Shown here: piece after piece, positions 9,774 through 19,963 of the stretch
Numbering within the stretch: the first letter of the stretch is position 1
Layout: every line of letters starts with the position of its first letter
Source: a virus
Strand: one strand, 5' to 3'
Virus record (IMG/VR): IMGVR_UViG_3300037462_000758
Location: 7,578 to 71,577 of that record
Length of the DNA: 64,000 bases
Program-made: the position numbers and the translations under genes
Notes under the pieces: generated by a model
What the model saw: only the letters and a program-made list of their open reading frames with translations
Databases searched by the model: none
Told to the model about the DNA's origin: nothing

Positions 9774-11048
9774 ATGGAATTTACAGATGAACAACTCATT
9801 GAGTTCGGCGAGAAAGCCGTCAAAGCTGCATTAGACAAGCACCAAGTGGGACTGCCGGAACAAATCCGCGCCGAGATTGAGAAAAATATCCCCGAATTGG
9901 TCAAAGCGGAAATTGCTCGCACGGTAACGCCGGAACTTTTGCGCAAGAACCAAACACCAGATGAGCGTGTAGAGCGCATGAACCTTCTGCGCGGCTTCAT
10001 TCTTGGTGTTGCAAGAAACAATCGCGGGGCGATTGAAGAACTTGCGAAGAACCACGAAAGCCTTTACTTCGGCGTAAATAAAGCCGTTTTCTCTGACCTT
10101 ACCGATGGTCAGGGTGGTTACTTGATGCCTGAGGCTTGGGCAGATGAAATCATGTCTCTTACCAGTAACTTCGGTTTCTTCCGCCGCTTGGCACGTGTTT
10201 ATCCCATGACAACGAAAACCGAAAACATCCCTGTCGGCGGCGATGTGGTCATTTCCTACCCAGACGAAAACACCAGTGCAACCGTAACTGATGCAGCAAA
10301 CTATTTTGCTAACACAAAGCTGACTGTTGCTCTGATGGCTGCTGGTATCATTCTCAAGCAGGATTTTCTCGAAGACATCAATGCTGACCTTTTGGACTTC
10401 TTCACACAAGAAGTAGCAAAAGCCTTCGCAAAAGAAGAGGACTTACAGGGCTTTGCGGGGATTGGAGCGCCATTTACGGGGCTTATCAATACCGGTGGTG
10501 TTAATGTGTCCTACTTCGGTGGTGCCCTAAACTCCGGTAAAACTTCGTTTAATCAAATTTCGTGGCGTGATTTAGTGGATGTTTCCGAAACCATCAATAG
10601 CGACAAGCAGCTTGATGCTGCATACTTCATGTCGCAAGCGGTGTTCAAAGAAGTGCGCAAAGAAGCAGATGCAAACGGTCGTCCGATTCAAGAGATGTTT
10701 TCAATTCTGCACATACTGGCACAAGCCGGAGTTATTCCGAAAACAGGCATTGAAGGCTTGGGAGCCACACAAACCTACGTTGGTCCTGGTAACTATCCAC
10801 TTCACGTTGTCCCCAATGGTGTGCTTCCAACAAATGGTGCCGATAGACCAGCCGTTATTTTCGGTTCGTTGCGCCGCTATGCTATGATGGGCGTTCGCAA
10901 ACAAATCACCCAGAGATTCTACGACCAGCAGTATTCCGGTGTTGATTTGGCAAGCCGCAACCTCATTGCGTTTGCATCTATGCAGCGCAAAGGGTTTGCG
11001 TTCCCAATGCCGAGCGCTTTTGCTGTGCTGAAAACAGCGCAAAGCTAA
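9774..11048 (+). CDS. Major capsid protein, HK97 fold
   Basis: GGYLMPEAWADEI, KEEDLQGFAG, D.NGRPI, IFGSL, P.AF.VL; position after protease. Confidence 0.93.
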   Translation: MEFTDEQLIEFGEKAVKAALDKHQVGLPEQIRAEIEKNIPELVKAEIARTVTPELLRKNQTPDERVERMNLLRGFILGVARNNRGAIEELAKNHESLYFGVNKAVFSDLTDGQGGYLMPEAWADEIMSLTSNFGFFRRLARVYPMTTKTENIPVGGDVVISYPDENTSATVTDAANYFANTKLTVALMAAGIILKQDFLEDINADLLDFFTQEVAKAFAKEEDLQGFAGIGAPFTGLINTGGVNVSYFGGALNSGKTSFNQISWRDLVDVSETINSDKQLDAAYFMSQAVFKEVRKEADANGRPIQEMFSILHILAQAGVIPKTGIEGLGATQTYVGPGNYPLHVVPNGVLPTNGADRPAVIFGSLRRYAMMGVRKQITQRFYDQQYSGVDLASRNLIAFASMQRKGFAFPMPSAFAVLKTAQS

Positions 11049-11090
11049 TCCACGAGATTCAATCACTTTTTATATTCTCTCAAAGCAGTT

Positions 11091-11291
11091 ATGGACACAT
11101 TGAGTCTCTACGTTGTAACCGAAAACAGGCTTGGTTACAGCAAGGACAGCATTGTACAGCTCACAGACAAACAAGCGAAGAACATGAAAGAGTTTGTGAA
11201 GCCATATGAGCCTGACAAAACCAAAACCGAAGCAAAACCTGATGAGCCTGACAAAACCAAAACCGAAGCAAAACCTGATAAGACGAAGTAA
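11091..11291 (+). CDS. Small head-associated protein with duplicated 12-aa tail
   Basis: Y...SIVQL...QA domain; 36-bp tandem duplication EPDKTKTEAKPD x2. Confidence 0.7.
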   Translation: MDTLSLYVVTENRLGYSKDSIVQLTDKQAKNMKEFVKPYEPDKTKTEAKPDEPDKTKTEAKPDKTK

Positions 11292-11294
11292 CGC

Positions 11295-11852
11295 ATGGCT
11301 TTTCCCGACATTACCAGCCTCAAAAGCAGTCTGAAAATTGCTCAGACGGACGCGAATCTTGACACGCTTTTAGAAGAATGGCGTTTGGCAAGTATCAGCA
11401 GCATTGAGGAATTTTGCGGGCAGCCCATAGCGGCACGAAATATCACCTACGGTTTTGAGGCAATCGGCAACAGGCATACGCCAGCGTATTTCCCTATTCG
11501 CACCCTTAGCAATCTGCAGCAATTTGACATTCAAAGCGGCACGTGGTCTAATGTTGTCGGCACGGTACAGCTTGTCAATGGCAGCATTTACTACGCAGAA
11601 GGTTTTACACGTGGCACACCGTACCAAGCCACGTTGCGCGTTGGCTATAACGATATTCCTGAAGAAATTTTGGGAATCTTCCGCGAGATGGTTTTACTGA
11701 GTTACAAGAACTCCGACTATTCATCTGCAGCACGACTTGGATTAAGCTCTGTTACCGAAAATTTTGCCGGAACTTCCAAAACTCTTTCCCTCAGAAACAT
11801 GATGGAAGAATGGCATCAGAAACTAGATAAATACAGGGTTCCGCCTGTTTAA
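11295..11852 (+). CDS. Head-tail connector/adaptor
   Basis: LKSSLKI...D.LL..I.EFCG, VGYNDIPEEI, LDKYR; synteny. Confidence 0.8.
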   Translation: MAFPDITSLKSSLKIAQTDANLDTLLEEWRLASISSIEEFCGQPIAARNITYGFEAIGNRHTPAYFPIRTLSNLQQFDIQSGTWSNVVGTVQLVNGSIYYAEGFTRGTPYQATLRVGYNDIPEEILGIFREMVLLSYKNSDYSSAARLGLSSVTENFAGTSKTLSLRNMMEEWHQKLDKYRVPPV

Positions 11853-11933
11853 GCACTATTACATCTTCCCATTACAGGGACACATAGATAAGCGATAAAG
11901 ACCCAAACGGCTTTATCGAAGTCCCGAAAAACT

Positions 11934-12467
11934 ATGAACGACCTGAATGACCGCATACTCGCTGTGCAAAAGGCATTTGCTGAGTTTATGAAGCAAGCCA
12001 AGCTGGAATTTCCTGCGGTGATGCAAGCATATATCAACGAGAATATGCACACCCGTCCGGCGAATCCGGCTGCATTCAACCTCACCGATAAGCTCTACAC
12101 ACGGAGCGGTAGCCTCGTCAGGTCGTTCATTCCGGGGCAAAAAGGAAATGTATTCATCGTCAAGACCGCTACCGATACTGCTTTGCAGGTCGAATACGGT
12201 ACAGCGCTGCCCTACGCGGCAATCCACGAAAAAGGCGGCGTGATTACAGCAACGCCGAAGATGATTGCCTATTTCTGGGCAATGCACTACAAAACGCAGT
12301 TGAACTTTTTCAAAGTCTTGGCGTTGGCAGCAAAGAAAAACGGTGCAATGAAAATCAAACCGCGCCCCTACTTCGCGCCGGCAGTTAAGAAGTACGAAAA
12401 AGACGGTATTGCGTTCATAGAACGCAATCTTTTTACGACCGTTGAACGCGCTTGGAATGGCAGGTAA
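11934..12467 (+). CDS. Virion morphogenesis / neck protein
   Basis: RSGSL.RS, YGT.LPYAAIHE.GG, I.PRPYF.PA. Confidence 0.8.
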   Translation: MNDLNDRILAVQKAFAEFMKQAKLEFPAVMQAYINENMHTRPANPAAFNLTDKLYTRSGSLVRSFIPGQKGNVFIVKTATDTALQVEYGTALPYAAIHEKGGVITATPKMIAYFWAMHYKTQLNFFKVLALAAKKNGAMKIKPRPYFAPAVKKYEKDGIAFIERNLFTTVERAWNGR

Positions 12468-12469
12468 TC

Positions 12470-12940
12470 ATGGCAGCAAATCCCAGAGACTACTTTTTAG
12501 AGGCTGTACAGACAGCACTTGATACTATGACAGGTTGGACGGTATTACGCACCTTCAACCCAACGGAAACACTCCCGCAGCCGTATGTTTTTGCGGACTT
12601 AGGTGTACAGGAACAGCGCGAAAACACTGATGAGAGTGGTCGGCAAGTTCAAGAGGAAGTACAGGAAATCTTGATACTGTGCGGCTTCACGATTGATGCG
12701 CAAGACACAGCGAGCGAGGGCAAACTCTCGCAAGAAAGCAATAAGCGTATCTATGAGATACAGCAAGCCTTTTACGGCATACTCAATACGCTTGAACCAT
12801 ATGACGATGCTTTCTGCTCAATCTTTGTCAGCAAGATTCGGATTGTCCGCGTTTTGGACGGTTACGACAACCAAAGCCTGTTTGGTCAAGCGCTCATCAA
12901 CGCTGAAATGGTTTATACAATCTATTACAAAAACCAATGA
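12470..12940 (+). CDS. Probable tail terminator
   Basis: Size and position between neck and tube genes; PQPYVF motif. Confidence 0.55.
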   Translation: MAANPRDYFLEAVQTALDTMTGWTVLRTFNPTETLPQPYVFADLGVQEQRENTDESGRQVQEEVQEILILCGFTIDAQDTASEGKLSQESNKRIYEIQQAFYGILNTLEPYDDAFCSIFVSKIRIVRVLDGYDNQSLFGQALINAEMVYTIYYKNQ

Positions 12941-13143
12941 AAGTAATTGCAACATCATCGTTTGTCCTGAACGGTACGCGCTACAACCAAGGCGATGCTG
13001 TTGAAATGGATGAAAAGACATTGGAAACACTACAAAGTCGCGGTATGCGCTTCGCTGCCAGTCATCGCAACAATGAATCGCCAAGCGAAAAGCCTCAGCA
13101 GGACAAACGCCACACGAGCCGCCCTCCAACGGTGGAGAAATAA
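12937..13143 (+). CDS. Small protein with Y..GD.VE head-associated-type domain
   Basis: MKVIA..F..NG.RY.QGD.VE; ATGA overlap with upstream gene. Confidence 0.65.
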   Translation: MKVIATSSFVLNGTRYNQGDAVEMDEKTLETLQSRGMRFAASHRNNESPSEKPQQDKRHTSRPPTVEK

Positions 13144-13193
13144 CGCCCAAAACAACGTAACAACTGATTTCTTCTTATTCTTTCACGACAACA

Positions 13194-13796
13194 ATGGCAA
13201 CAGCACCAGTTTTTTCGCGTGACCCCGCAAATATGCAGGAACTTGGCTCAGGACGCGCCGTCATCCGTGAGGTTAATAGCGACGGCTCACTGTTGAGCGC
13301 AACTCAGCAAACGGCTATGGGCTACGGCGGTACGGGTCCCGCATATGGTTGGATGGAACTTCCCATTATCAAAAGTTCTGTACACAAGGACGAAACAACC
13401 GTCAATAAAAAAGCCGATGAGGGTGGAGATAAGTACCCTATTGAAGGCGAGCGGGATGTGACCTTCGAGATTACGGCTATGCAGCGCGAAAATGACATTT
13501 TTGACAACGTGCTTGTGATGCGCGGTCGTTACTTTGAGATTGTGAAAGAAAACTCGTCGCGGCAGCTGAAAGACGGCTTTGCGTATGTGCATTTTGCTGT
13601 TTCTCAAATCGAACCAAAAGTAGAAGCTGCTTTCCCCGGTGGTGAACCGAAAATGATGTTTAACATCTTGCCCGTTCCTGTTGCTATCGTCAATCGAGAC
13701 CTAAGCGATATTGACGGTATGCGTGCGCCGTTCACGGGCATCACGGTAAGCTACGAGGTTGGCGATTACCACAAACGCTTCTCAATCAAGCCCTAA
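13194..13796 (+). CDS. Probable major tail tube protein
   Basis: 200 aa, beta-rich, followed by terminator, chaperone and tape measure. Confidence 0.65.
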   Translation: MATAPVFSRDPANMQELGSGRAVIREVNSDGSLLSATQQTAMGYGGTGPAYGWMELPIIKSSVHKDETTVNKKADEGGDKYPIEGERDVTFEITAMQRENDIFDNVLVMRGRYFEIVKENSSRQLKDGFAYVHFAVSQIEPKVEAAFPGGEPKMMFNILPVPVAIVNRDLSDIDGMRAPFTGITVSYEVGDYHKRFSIKP

Positions 13797-13864
13797 TTTC
13801 CGCAAATTCCTGTTCTCCATAGCATAGACTATTGCGTGTCCAAGCACGCATGAACTCCTGAAAA

Positions 13865-13900
13865 CGGGCTGGCATTCGTGCGCTAGCCCGTTTTTTATTT
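13865..13900 (+). terminator. Intrinsic terminator
   Basis: CGGGCTGGC...GCTAGCCCG + TTTTTTATTT. Confidence 0.75.
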
Positions 13901-13923
13901 ACTCACATTCTTGAAATACCGCC

Positions 13924-14645
13924 ATGAATACCGCAACTGACATAAATACCGCAACTGAACTTGACTTGCAGAATATTCCGCTCGGCAACCGCACTTACCG
14001 CATTACCGATTTGAAAAAGGACTGGGGAATCGATGATGACGAACTGTTTTTGGATGCCGTTGGACCAATCATTACCAACCTGTTCGCTAAAAGCGAAAAT
14101 TCTGCCCTCAGCATAGACAAAGTTCGGCAAAATCTTTCCATGAACATTGATATTGGCTTGCTCTACGACCTGATTGTACGCCAGAAGAAGCATAGAAACG
14201 TACTTGCGCTAATGTTTCGCCCTGTAAACGGGGATGCGATTGACGAAAGTGTTTCGCTGGAGGAGCGGATGCAGGATGTGGGTAAACTCAAAAACGTGCA
14301 TTTGGTGGAGGGTCTCAAGCGTTTTTTCGCTTTCGTTACGAAATCACCCACGGAACCTTCCCTAACCTCTTCCAACGAGGCGGAAAGCCCTCACAGCGAC
14401 TAAGCGATGAGGATATTGCATGGCTGGAACAGTCACAAGGCTACATCCCAAGCATCCATGAGCGACCTCCGCACTATTGGTATTCTCTTGTGAGTTTTGT
14501 GGCTGACGGCGATGTACTGAAACACAACCACATTCGCAAGCAACCTCTGTATCTCGTTCTTGCTTACGCCGAGCAAAAAGCAAAAGAAGCCTTTTTTGCT
14601 GCCCAGCAGCATAAAGCAACGACCAAACAGCAAATTCCTGATTAA
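13924..14645 (+). CDS. Tail assembly chaperone (13924-14403) with -1 frameshift extension to 14645
   Basis: T TTT TTC at 14322-14328; -1 frame open to TAA 14643-14645 (FPNLF...W.SLV..VADGD.LK). Confidence 0.75.
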
Positions 14646-14659
14646 CTTTGATTTTAGCC

Positions 14660-17600
14660 ATGGCTGCATCATTAACCGTCAGTATCAACATTGATTCGAC
14701 CGCCTTTAGTGACGGTTTGAAACGTGCGCTTGACCAAGGCAAGCAATTTGGCGATGCTATCAAGGATAATCTTGGCAAGCTCAACATCAATCTGAGCGGC
14801 TTGGATGAACCCTTGCGCACGTTGCCCCGCAAGGCGCAAGATGCCAGTGAACAAGCAGCTCGTGCGGTCGAGGGAGCATTTGGGCGCATGGCTACAAATG
14901 GTGCTTTTGCCTTCAACCAAATACAGCAATCGCTCCAGACTATTGCCGGAATTGGTGTAACGCTCTCCGCTCCCTTTGTGGAAATGGATACGGCGCTGCG
15001 GAATGTCGGTGCATTGGGTGTGAAGAACTTCAAAGAGTTTGAGTCGGTTGTTGTTGGTATGTCGAAAACCATTCCTGACAGCGCGGCAATTATCGGCGAT
15101 GCTATTGCGGAGGCGGTCGGCTCGGGAGTTATTGCGGTAGATAATGCAGGGAAAGCCAACATCGAACAGGGTAAGCGCTTTATTGAGCAAGCATCAAAAT
15201 TGGCAATGGCAGGCGGTACCGATATTCAAACCGCCGTCAAAGGTCTTGCTTCTACGCTCAACTCCTATCGCTTGGAAGCATCCGAAGCAGGGCGCGTCTC
15301 GGATGTGATTTTCAATACCTTTAACTACGGTGTTTCCAGCGTTGCGGAACTTTCCAAATACCTCTACGAGATTACCCCGACCGCAGCAAGTTTGGGCATT
15401 TCGATTGAACAAGTCGGCGGGGCGCTTGCAACCATGACCAAACAAGGTATTCGCACAACCGTTGCTACTGACCGCCTTCGTGCTTTTCTTGTTGCACTCC
15501 AAAAACCGAACAAAGAGCTTGCTGCCGTCATGGAACAGGCAGGCGTATCGCTTGCAAAACTGAAAGACGGCTCACTCACGATGCAAGAAGCAGCGCGGCG
15601 CATCGGTGATACAACAAAGTCGCTGGGCTTGGACATAAACCAAGTCTTTGCAGGTGTGGAAGCTGCATCAACAGTCATGTTCTTGGGTGGCAAAAATGCC
15701 ACGCAAGCAATGATAGACCTTAAAAAAGTAAGTGAGCGAAATACCGTCCAAGAGGGCTTCAATGTTCAGGCGCAAGGCGTGGAAGCAAGAATTAAAATTG
15801 CACTCAACAACGTGAACGCGGGCTTTATCGAACTGTTTGGCAAACTCGGAGACGGTGCAACCGTCGCTTTGAACACCGTTGGACGGCTTGCACCAACGCT
15901 CGGCGCACTTGCTTCAGCAAAAATGATTATTCCCGAAGGTGCGTTTACCGCCGCAAAAGAAGGTTTCACCTCGCTTGGAACAAAAATCGCCGGAATTGGT
16001 GCAACGTTTGCAACCTTACCCAATGCCGCAAAAACCGCATTAGAAGGCGCTTCCGCTTCAGCAAGAGCATTTCCGGCGAACCTTGCCGAAACAGTCAAAC
16101 AAGGCTTCATTGCTGCATCGGCTTCTGCGGGAAATCTTCTTGCCTCCTTCTCTGCCGGACTGAGAAACCTTCCTGCCACGACCGCTACATTTTTCACAGG
16201 TCTCGGCGCTCAAATGACCGGCTATGCACAAGCATTTGTCGCGGGCAGTAGAAGCATGATTACAAGCGCTATTGGGGGTATTCAGCAAGCCGGAGGTGCA
16301 ATCATTCGTGGTATGGTTGGCTTATTCACTGCCCCACTTGCGACGTTGCAAGGCGGTTTTGCGGTTGTTACGGCGCAAGCAAGTGCGATGTGGACAGCCA
16401 TCACGGGACCTGTCGGCATTGCCATAGCTGCTTTTGCAGCGCTTGCGGTGATTGCGGTGGCGATGTACGACAATTTTGACGACATCAAAAAAGCCATAGA
16501 CGGCTTCATCAATGGCGCAATAGACGCTTTTAATCAGATGAAACCTGTGTGGGTAGAGTTTCTCGGTATCATTCGCCAAGTGGGCAGTTTCATTTGGGAG
16601 TTTCTGAAAACACCGTTTGAGATTGTTGCCGGGATTATTCGCATCTTCACCGGAGAAGCCACCACCGCAAGCGGCTCCACGAAACAACTTGGTCAAGCAG
16701 CACAGGGCGCGGGTCAGCAAACAAGTTTCTTCAAACAGGCGCTTCAAACTGTTCTTCAGACACTTACCAATATCAAAGGTACTATCGGCGGTGTTACGGC
16801 TGCTTTTCAGACGATTAAGGATGTCATCGGCGATGCTTTCAAAGCGCTTTCACAGTTTAACATCAAAGGCGTGATTGATGCTTTCTCCGGCGCTGGTACA
16901 AAGATTTCTCAGAGCTACGATAAAGGCTGGAACGAAGCAACAGCAATTCAGAAGAAGAGTTTGGAGGAGCAAAAAAAGAACACTGAAGACGCAAACGTGC
17001 AGTTTACCGAAAGCGCTCGAAAGTCCGTAGATGCTCAGGTAGCCGAGTTTAAGCGCCTTGCTTTTACACTTTCACCCGAACAGCTCAAAGGACGGCGTGA
17101 ACTTTTGGAAATTGGTCTCAAGAACGAACTGGATGCGGGGAAATTGAGCCAGAAGCAGTATTATGAGGCACTCAAGCAAATTACTCTTATTGAAAAAGAA
17201 GCAATCAAGCGTTTCAAAGAAGATGGTAGTAGTGGCGGTGCCAAGGGTGGGAGCGATAAAGGGCTTGTATTGCAAGCACAGGCGAGAATCGAAAAACTCA
17301 AGCAACAGCAGGAGTTAGCGGGGATGAACGAAACGCAACGTAAGTTGAAAGAGTTCGACATCAAAGCATCATCAGAGCGAAGCGACTTACAAATCAAGAT
17401 ATTCAAAGCAAAACAGAAAAATCAAAACGAACTGATTAAAGTGCTTCAAGAAGAAGAACAGGAGATGCTCAAGAGTCAAGCGGCACAGAGGAGTATTCTT
17501 GTCGGTGAGCTTGCCGAGCGTGAGTATAACGACATTGACAAACTCGAAGATACCAAACTAAAGCAGCAAATCAAAGCGCTGCAACTCCGCGAAGAAATCT

Positions 17601-19480
17601 TGCGCGGTGCGGATGAAGCGACAATCAAAGCGCGAGGTGAGGTGCGCTTGAAAATTCTCGAATTGCAGTCCAAGCGCGACATTGATAAAATCTTGGAGGT
17701 CAATGAGGAATACCGCAAAGCAGCTATCGAATTTCAAAAGGTCAAAATTGCTGGCGACCCTAACGCTATTTCGGAAGCGCAAGCACAGTTTGACGCAATT
17801 AAGCAGCGCATCATGCAAACGGCTGAAGTGCAGCAGCGCATAGACGCAGAGCGTTCAAAACGCCGTAGTGCGGAAATTCAGATTGAACTGGAAACCGAGG
17901 AAGCACTTGCACAAGCCAAAGTAAACCTCACCGAGCGGGAGTTTGCCTTGCGGCTTGTTGCTGCTAAACGCACCTTCGCAAAAGAATTGGAGTTTGCCGG
18001 AGCGAATGATGCTTTGCGCCTACAGGCAGAGCAGAAATTTCAAGCGGCAAAGTTTCAGATTGAGCAGGAGTACGCCCGGCGCACAAATGTTCTCTACGAT
18101 GCTGCTCTTACGCTTGCCGAATTGCTTCCGAAAAAAATCGGTGATGCTTTTGCGCGAAATGCAAAAGCAAATGCTGAACGCACAAAAACCGCGAGAGAAG
18201 AGCTAGAAGGCGTGAAAAAGCAAGAAGCCGAAATAAGTGCCAAGATGAGCGCTCTTGAGGCTGATATGCAACGACAACGCGGTAAAACCAAACAAACGAG
18301 TGCCACACAGTACAAAGAATTGCAAAAAGACCGTGAAAAGTTACTTACCGAGCAGCGCAAACTTGAAAAAGAGCTTGGTACTTCTGGCGACATCTTCGGT
18401 GATTCCCTCAAAAAAGGTTTGGAGGACAGTTTTGCCGGACTTGCCGAAGCGCTGCAAGCCCGCATACAACGCGCCATGGCTGCCATTACCGAAGTTACCA
18501 GAAACGCTAACGGCAACCTTGCCAATCTTTTCAACGGCGCGACCGAAGCCGGAAAGCAGAACTTTGAAGGGCTGAAGTCGTTTGCGATTGAGTCTGTTGC
18601 GCTTATTGGCGCGAAGCTGGGTGAAATGGCGGCTAAAGGTGAACTGACAGCAGAGAGTTTTGCAAAGACCATTGGCGCAATGGCTATTGAATCGGTGCAA
18701 CAACTCATTCTTGCCTACACCCCGGCGATATTCACAACGGCGATAGGTATGTTGGGACCTGTTGCCGGACCAATAGCCGCCGTCGCTGCTATCGCTACGG
18801 TTATGGGCTTGCTTGGTGCGGCAAAAAGCGCTATCGGCTTCCGTGAAGGGGTGCATAACTTTCAAGGTGAGGGAGCAATCCGTATTCCCGGTGCAACAAC
18901 TGACCCGTATTTGGTACGACTACATCCGGGCGAAGATGTGTTTGCACCGGAGGTTTCGTCAAAAAATCGTGGTCTGTTCAAACATCTGCACGACGGCAAA
19001 TCTGCACAATCATTCTTTGAGCAAAATTATCTCAGCACCTACAAACCCACGATTCATGCGGAAGTCCTTGCGTCGGTCAATGCCCAGATTCACCACCTTA
19101 CCCACGAAGCACTGCAACAAAGGATACAGATTTCGACAGCCGCTATGTTGCTTAACCTAGAGCGCTCTCTTGCAGACACGGCAAAGGCTGTGCAGAGTAC
19201 CGGAATTGTGGATGAACGCTTTCAACGGCAGTTTGCAGCACCGCTGACACCTGCAATCACGGAATACCGTGCTTTCTCGCTCCAACTTGGGCAGCAAGCC
19301 TTTCGTCAAGAGCAGCAGCAAGCGGAAATGCTCAATGAACTACGGTTGCTCCGTCGTGAGTTTGAGCATCATTTGGACATAAGCGTTTCCGGTGAGGCAA
19401 GAATGGACGGTGAAGATGTAGTGATTGCCTTGCACCATAAATCCCAAAAAGTCAAACGCGCAGAACAAGCAAGATACTAG
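14660..19480 (+). CDS. Tape measure protein (TP901-like)
   Basis: About 1600 aa Ala/Gly-rich helical protein; T.AELS, A.SLG.S.EQ..GALA.MT.QG core. Confidence 0.93.
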   Translation: MAASLTVSINIDSTAFSDGLKRALDQGKQFGDAIKDNLGKLNINLSGLDEPLRTLPRKAQDASEQAARAVEGAFGRMATNGAFAFNQIQQSLQTIAGIGVTLSAPFVEMDTALRNVGALGVKNFKEFESVVVGMSKTIPDSAAIIGDAIAEAVGSGVIAVDNAGKANIEQGKRFIEQASKLAMAGGTDIQTAVKGLASTLNSYRLEASEAGRVSDVIFNTFNYGVSSVAELSKYLYEITPTAASLGISIEQVGGALATMTKQGIRTTVATDRLRAFLVALQKPNKELAAVMEQAGVSLAKLKDGSLTMQEAARRIGDTTKSLGLDINQVFAGVEAASTVMFLGGKNATQAMIDLKKVSERNTVQEGFNVQAQGVEARIKIALNNVNAGFIELFGKLGDGATVALNTVGRLAPTLGALASAKMIIPEGAFTAAKEGFTSLGTKIAGIGATFATLPNAAKTALEGASASARAFPANLAETVKQGFIAASASAGNLLASFSAGLRNLPATTATFFTGLGAQMTGYAQAFVAGSRSMITSAIGGIQQAGGAIIRGMVGLFTAPLATLQGGFAVVTAQASAMWTAITGPVGIAIAAFAALAVIAVAMYDNFDDIKKAIDGFINGAIDAFNQMKPVWVEFLGIIRQVGSFIWEFLKTPFEIVAGIIRIFTGEATTASGSTKQLGQAAQGAGQQTSFFKQALQTVLQTLTNIKGTIGGVTAAFQTIKDVIGDAFKALSQFNIKGVIDAFSGAGTKISQSYDKGWNEATAIQKKSLEEQKKNTEDANVQFTESARKSVDAQVAEFKRLAFTLSPEQLKGRRELLEIGLKNELDAGKLSQKQYYEALKQITLIEKEAIKRFKEDGSSGGAKGGSDKGLVLQAQARIEKLKQQQELAGMNETQRKLKEFDIKASSERSDLQIKIFKAKQKNQNELIKVLQEEEQEMLKSQAAQRSILVGELAEREYNDIDKLEDTKLKQQIKALQLREEILRGADEATIKARGEVRLKILELQSKRDIDKILEVNEEYRKAAIEFQKVKIAGDPNAISEAQAQFDAIKQRIMQTAEVQQRIDAERSKRRSAEIQIELETEEALAQAKVNLTEREFALRLVAAKRTFAKELEFAGANDALRLQAEQKFQAAKFQIEQEYARRTNVLYDAALTLAELLPKKIGDAFARNAKANAERTKTAREELEGVKKQEAEISAKMSALEADMQRQRGKTKQTSATQYKELQKDREKLLTEQRKLEKELGTSGDIFGDSLKKGLEDSFAGLAEALQARIQRAMAAITEVTRNANGNLANLFNGATEAGKQNFEGLKSFAIESVALIGAKLGEMAAKGELTAESFAKTIGAMAIESVQQLILAYTPAIFTTAIGMLGPVAGPIAAVAAIATVMGLLGAAKSAIGFREGVHNFQGEGAIRIPGATTDPYLVRLHPGEDVFAPEVSSKNRGLFKHLHDGKSAQSFFEQNYLSTYKPTIHAEVLASVNAQIHHLTHEALQQRIQISTAAMLLNLERSLADTAKAVQSTGIVDERFQRQFAAPLTPAITEYRAFSLQLGQQAFRQEQQQAEMLNELRLLRREFEHHLDISVSGEARMDGEDVVIALHHKSQKVKRAEQARY

Positions 19481-19489
19481 GAGTTTACC

Positions 19490-19960
19490 ATGTCACCATG
19501 GGAAGTAGAATTCAAAGCTGCGGACAAAGCAGACGGTACGGGCAACATTGTTACACAACGCCTCAGAATTTTGGGGCTTGAAACCGACGAAGAACAAGCC
19601 GCCGACGCAGACGAACGCCTTGACGGATACGAAGACCCGCCACACCTTGCACGGATGACGATTGACATTGAGTTTTGGCACTTTTTGGTATTGCCCGACA
19701 AACGCTTTTTGACTGACCGTAGCAATCCTTTACGCCCTCAAGACGGGAAAGATTTTGCGGACTTATTGAAGCTGCTTCGGCGCAAATATACATGGATTAC
19801 TGATTGCACCTTGCCCCGCTATGCAAAAAATGGTCAAGGATATTTCAACGATATGTTTCTTCAGCCGATGCTTGTAGCAAAACGAGACCATTCCAAAAAC
19901 AAAGGTGGCGGCATCCTTGAGTGTACGCTGACCCTTGCAAAACGAAATTTGGAGCAGTAA
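19490..19960 (+). CDS. Tail protein (distal-tail position)
   Basis: Synteny after tape measure. Confidence 0.55.
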   Translation: MSPWEVEFKAADKADGTGNIVTQRLRILGLETDEEQAADADERLDGYEDPPHLARMTIDIEFWHFLVLPDKRFLTDRSNPLRPQDGKDFADLLKLLRRKYTWITDCTLPRYAKNGQGYFNDMFLQPMLVAKRDHSKNKGGGILECTLTLAKRNLEQ

Positions 19961-19963
19961 GAA

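Noticed and set aside
11208-11279. 36-bp tandem duplication as regulatory repeat
   Set aside because: In-frame low-complexity tail of a small head protein
14362-18865. Long antisense ORFs within the tape measure (also 35293-35985)
   Set aside because: Shadow frames of biased coding sequence with no recognisable motifs
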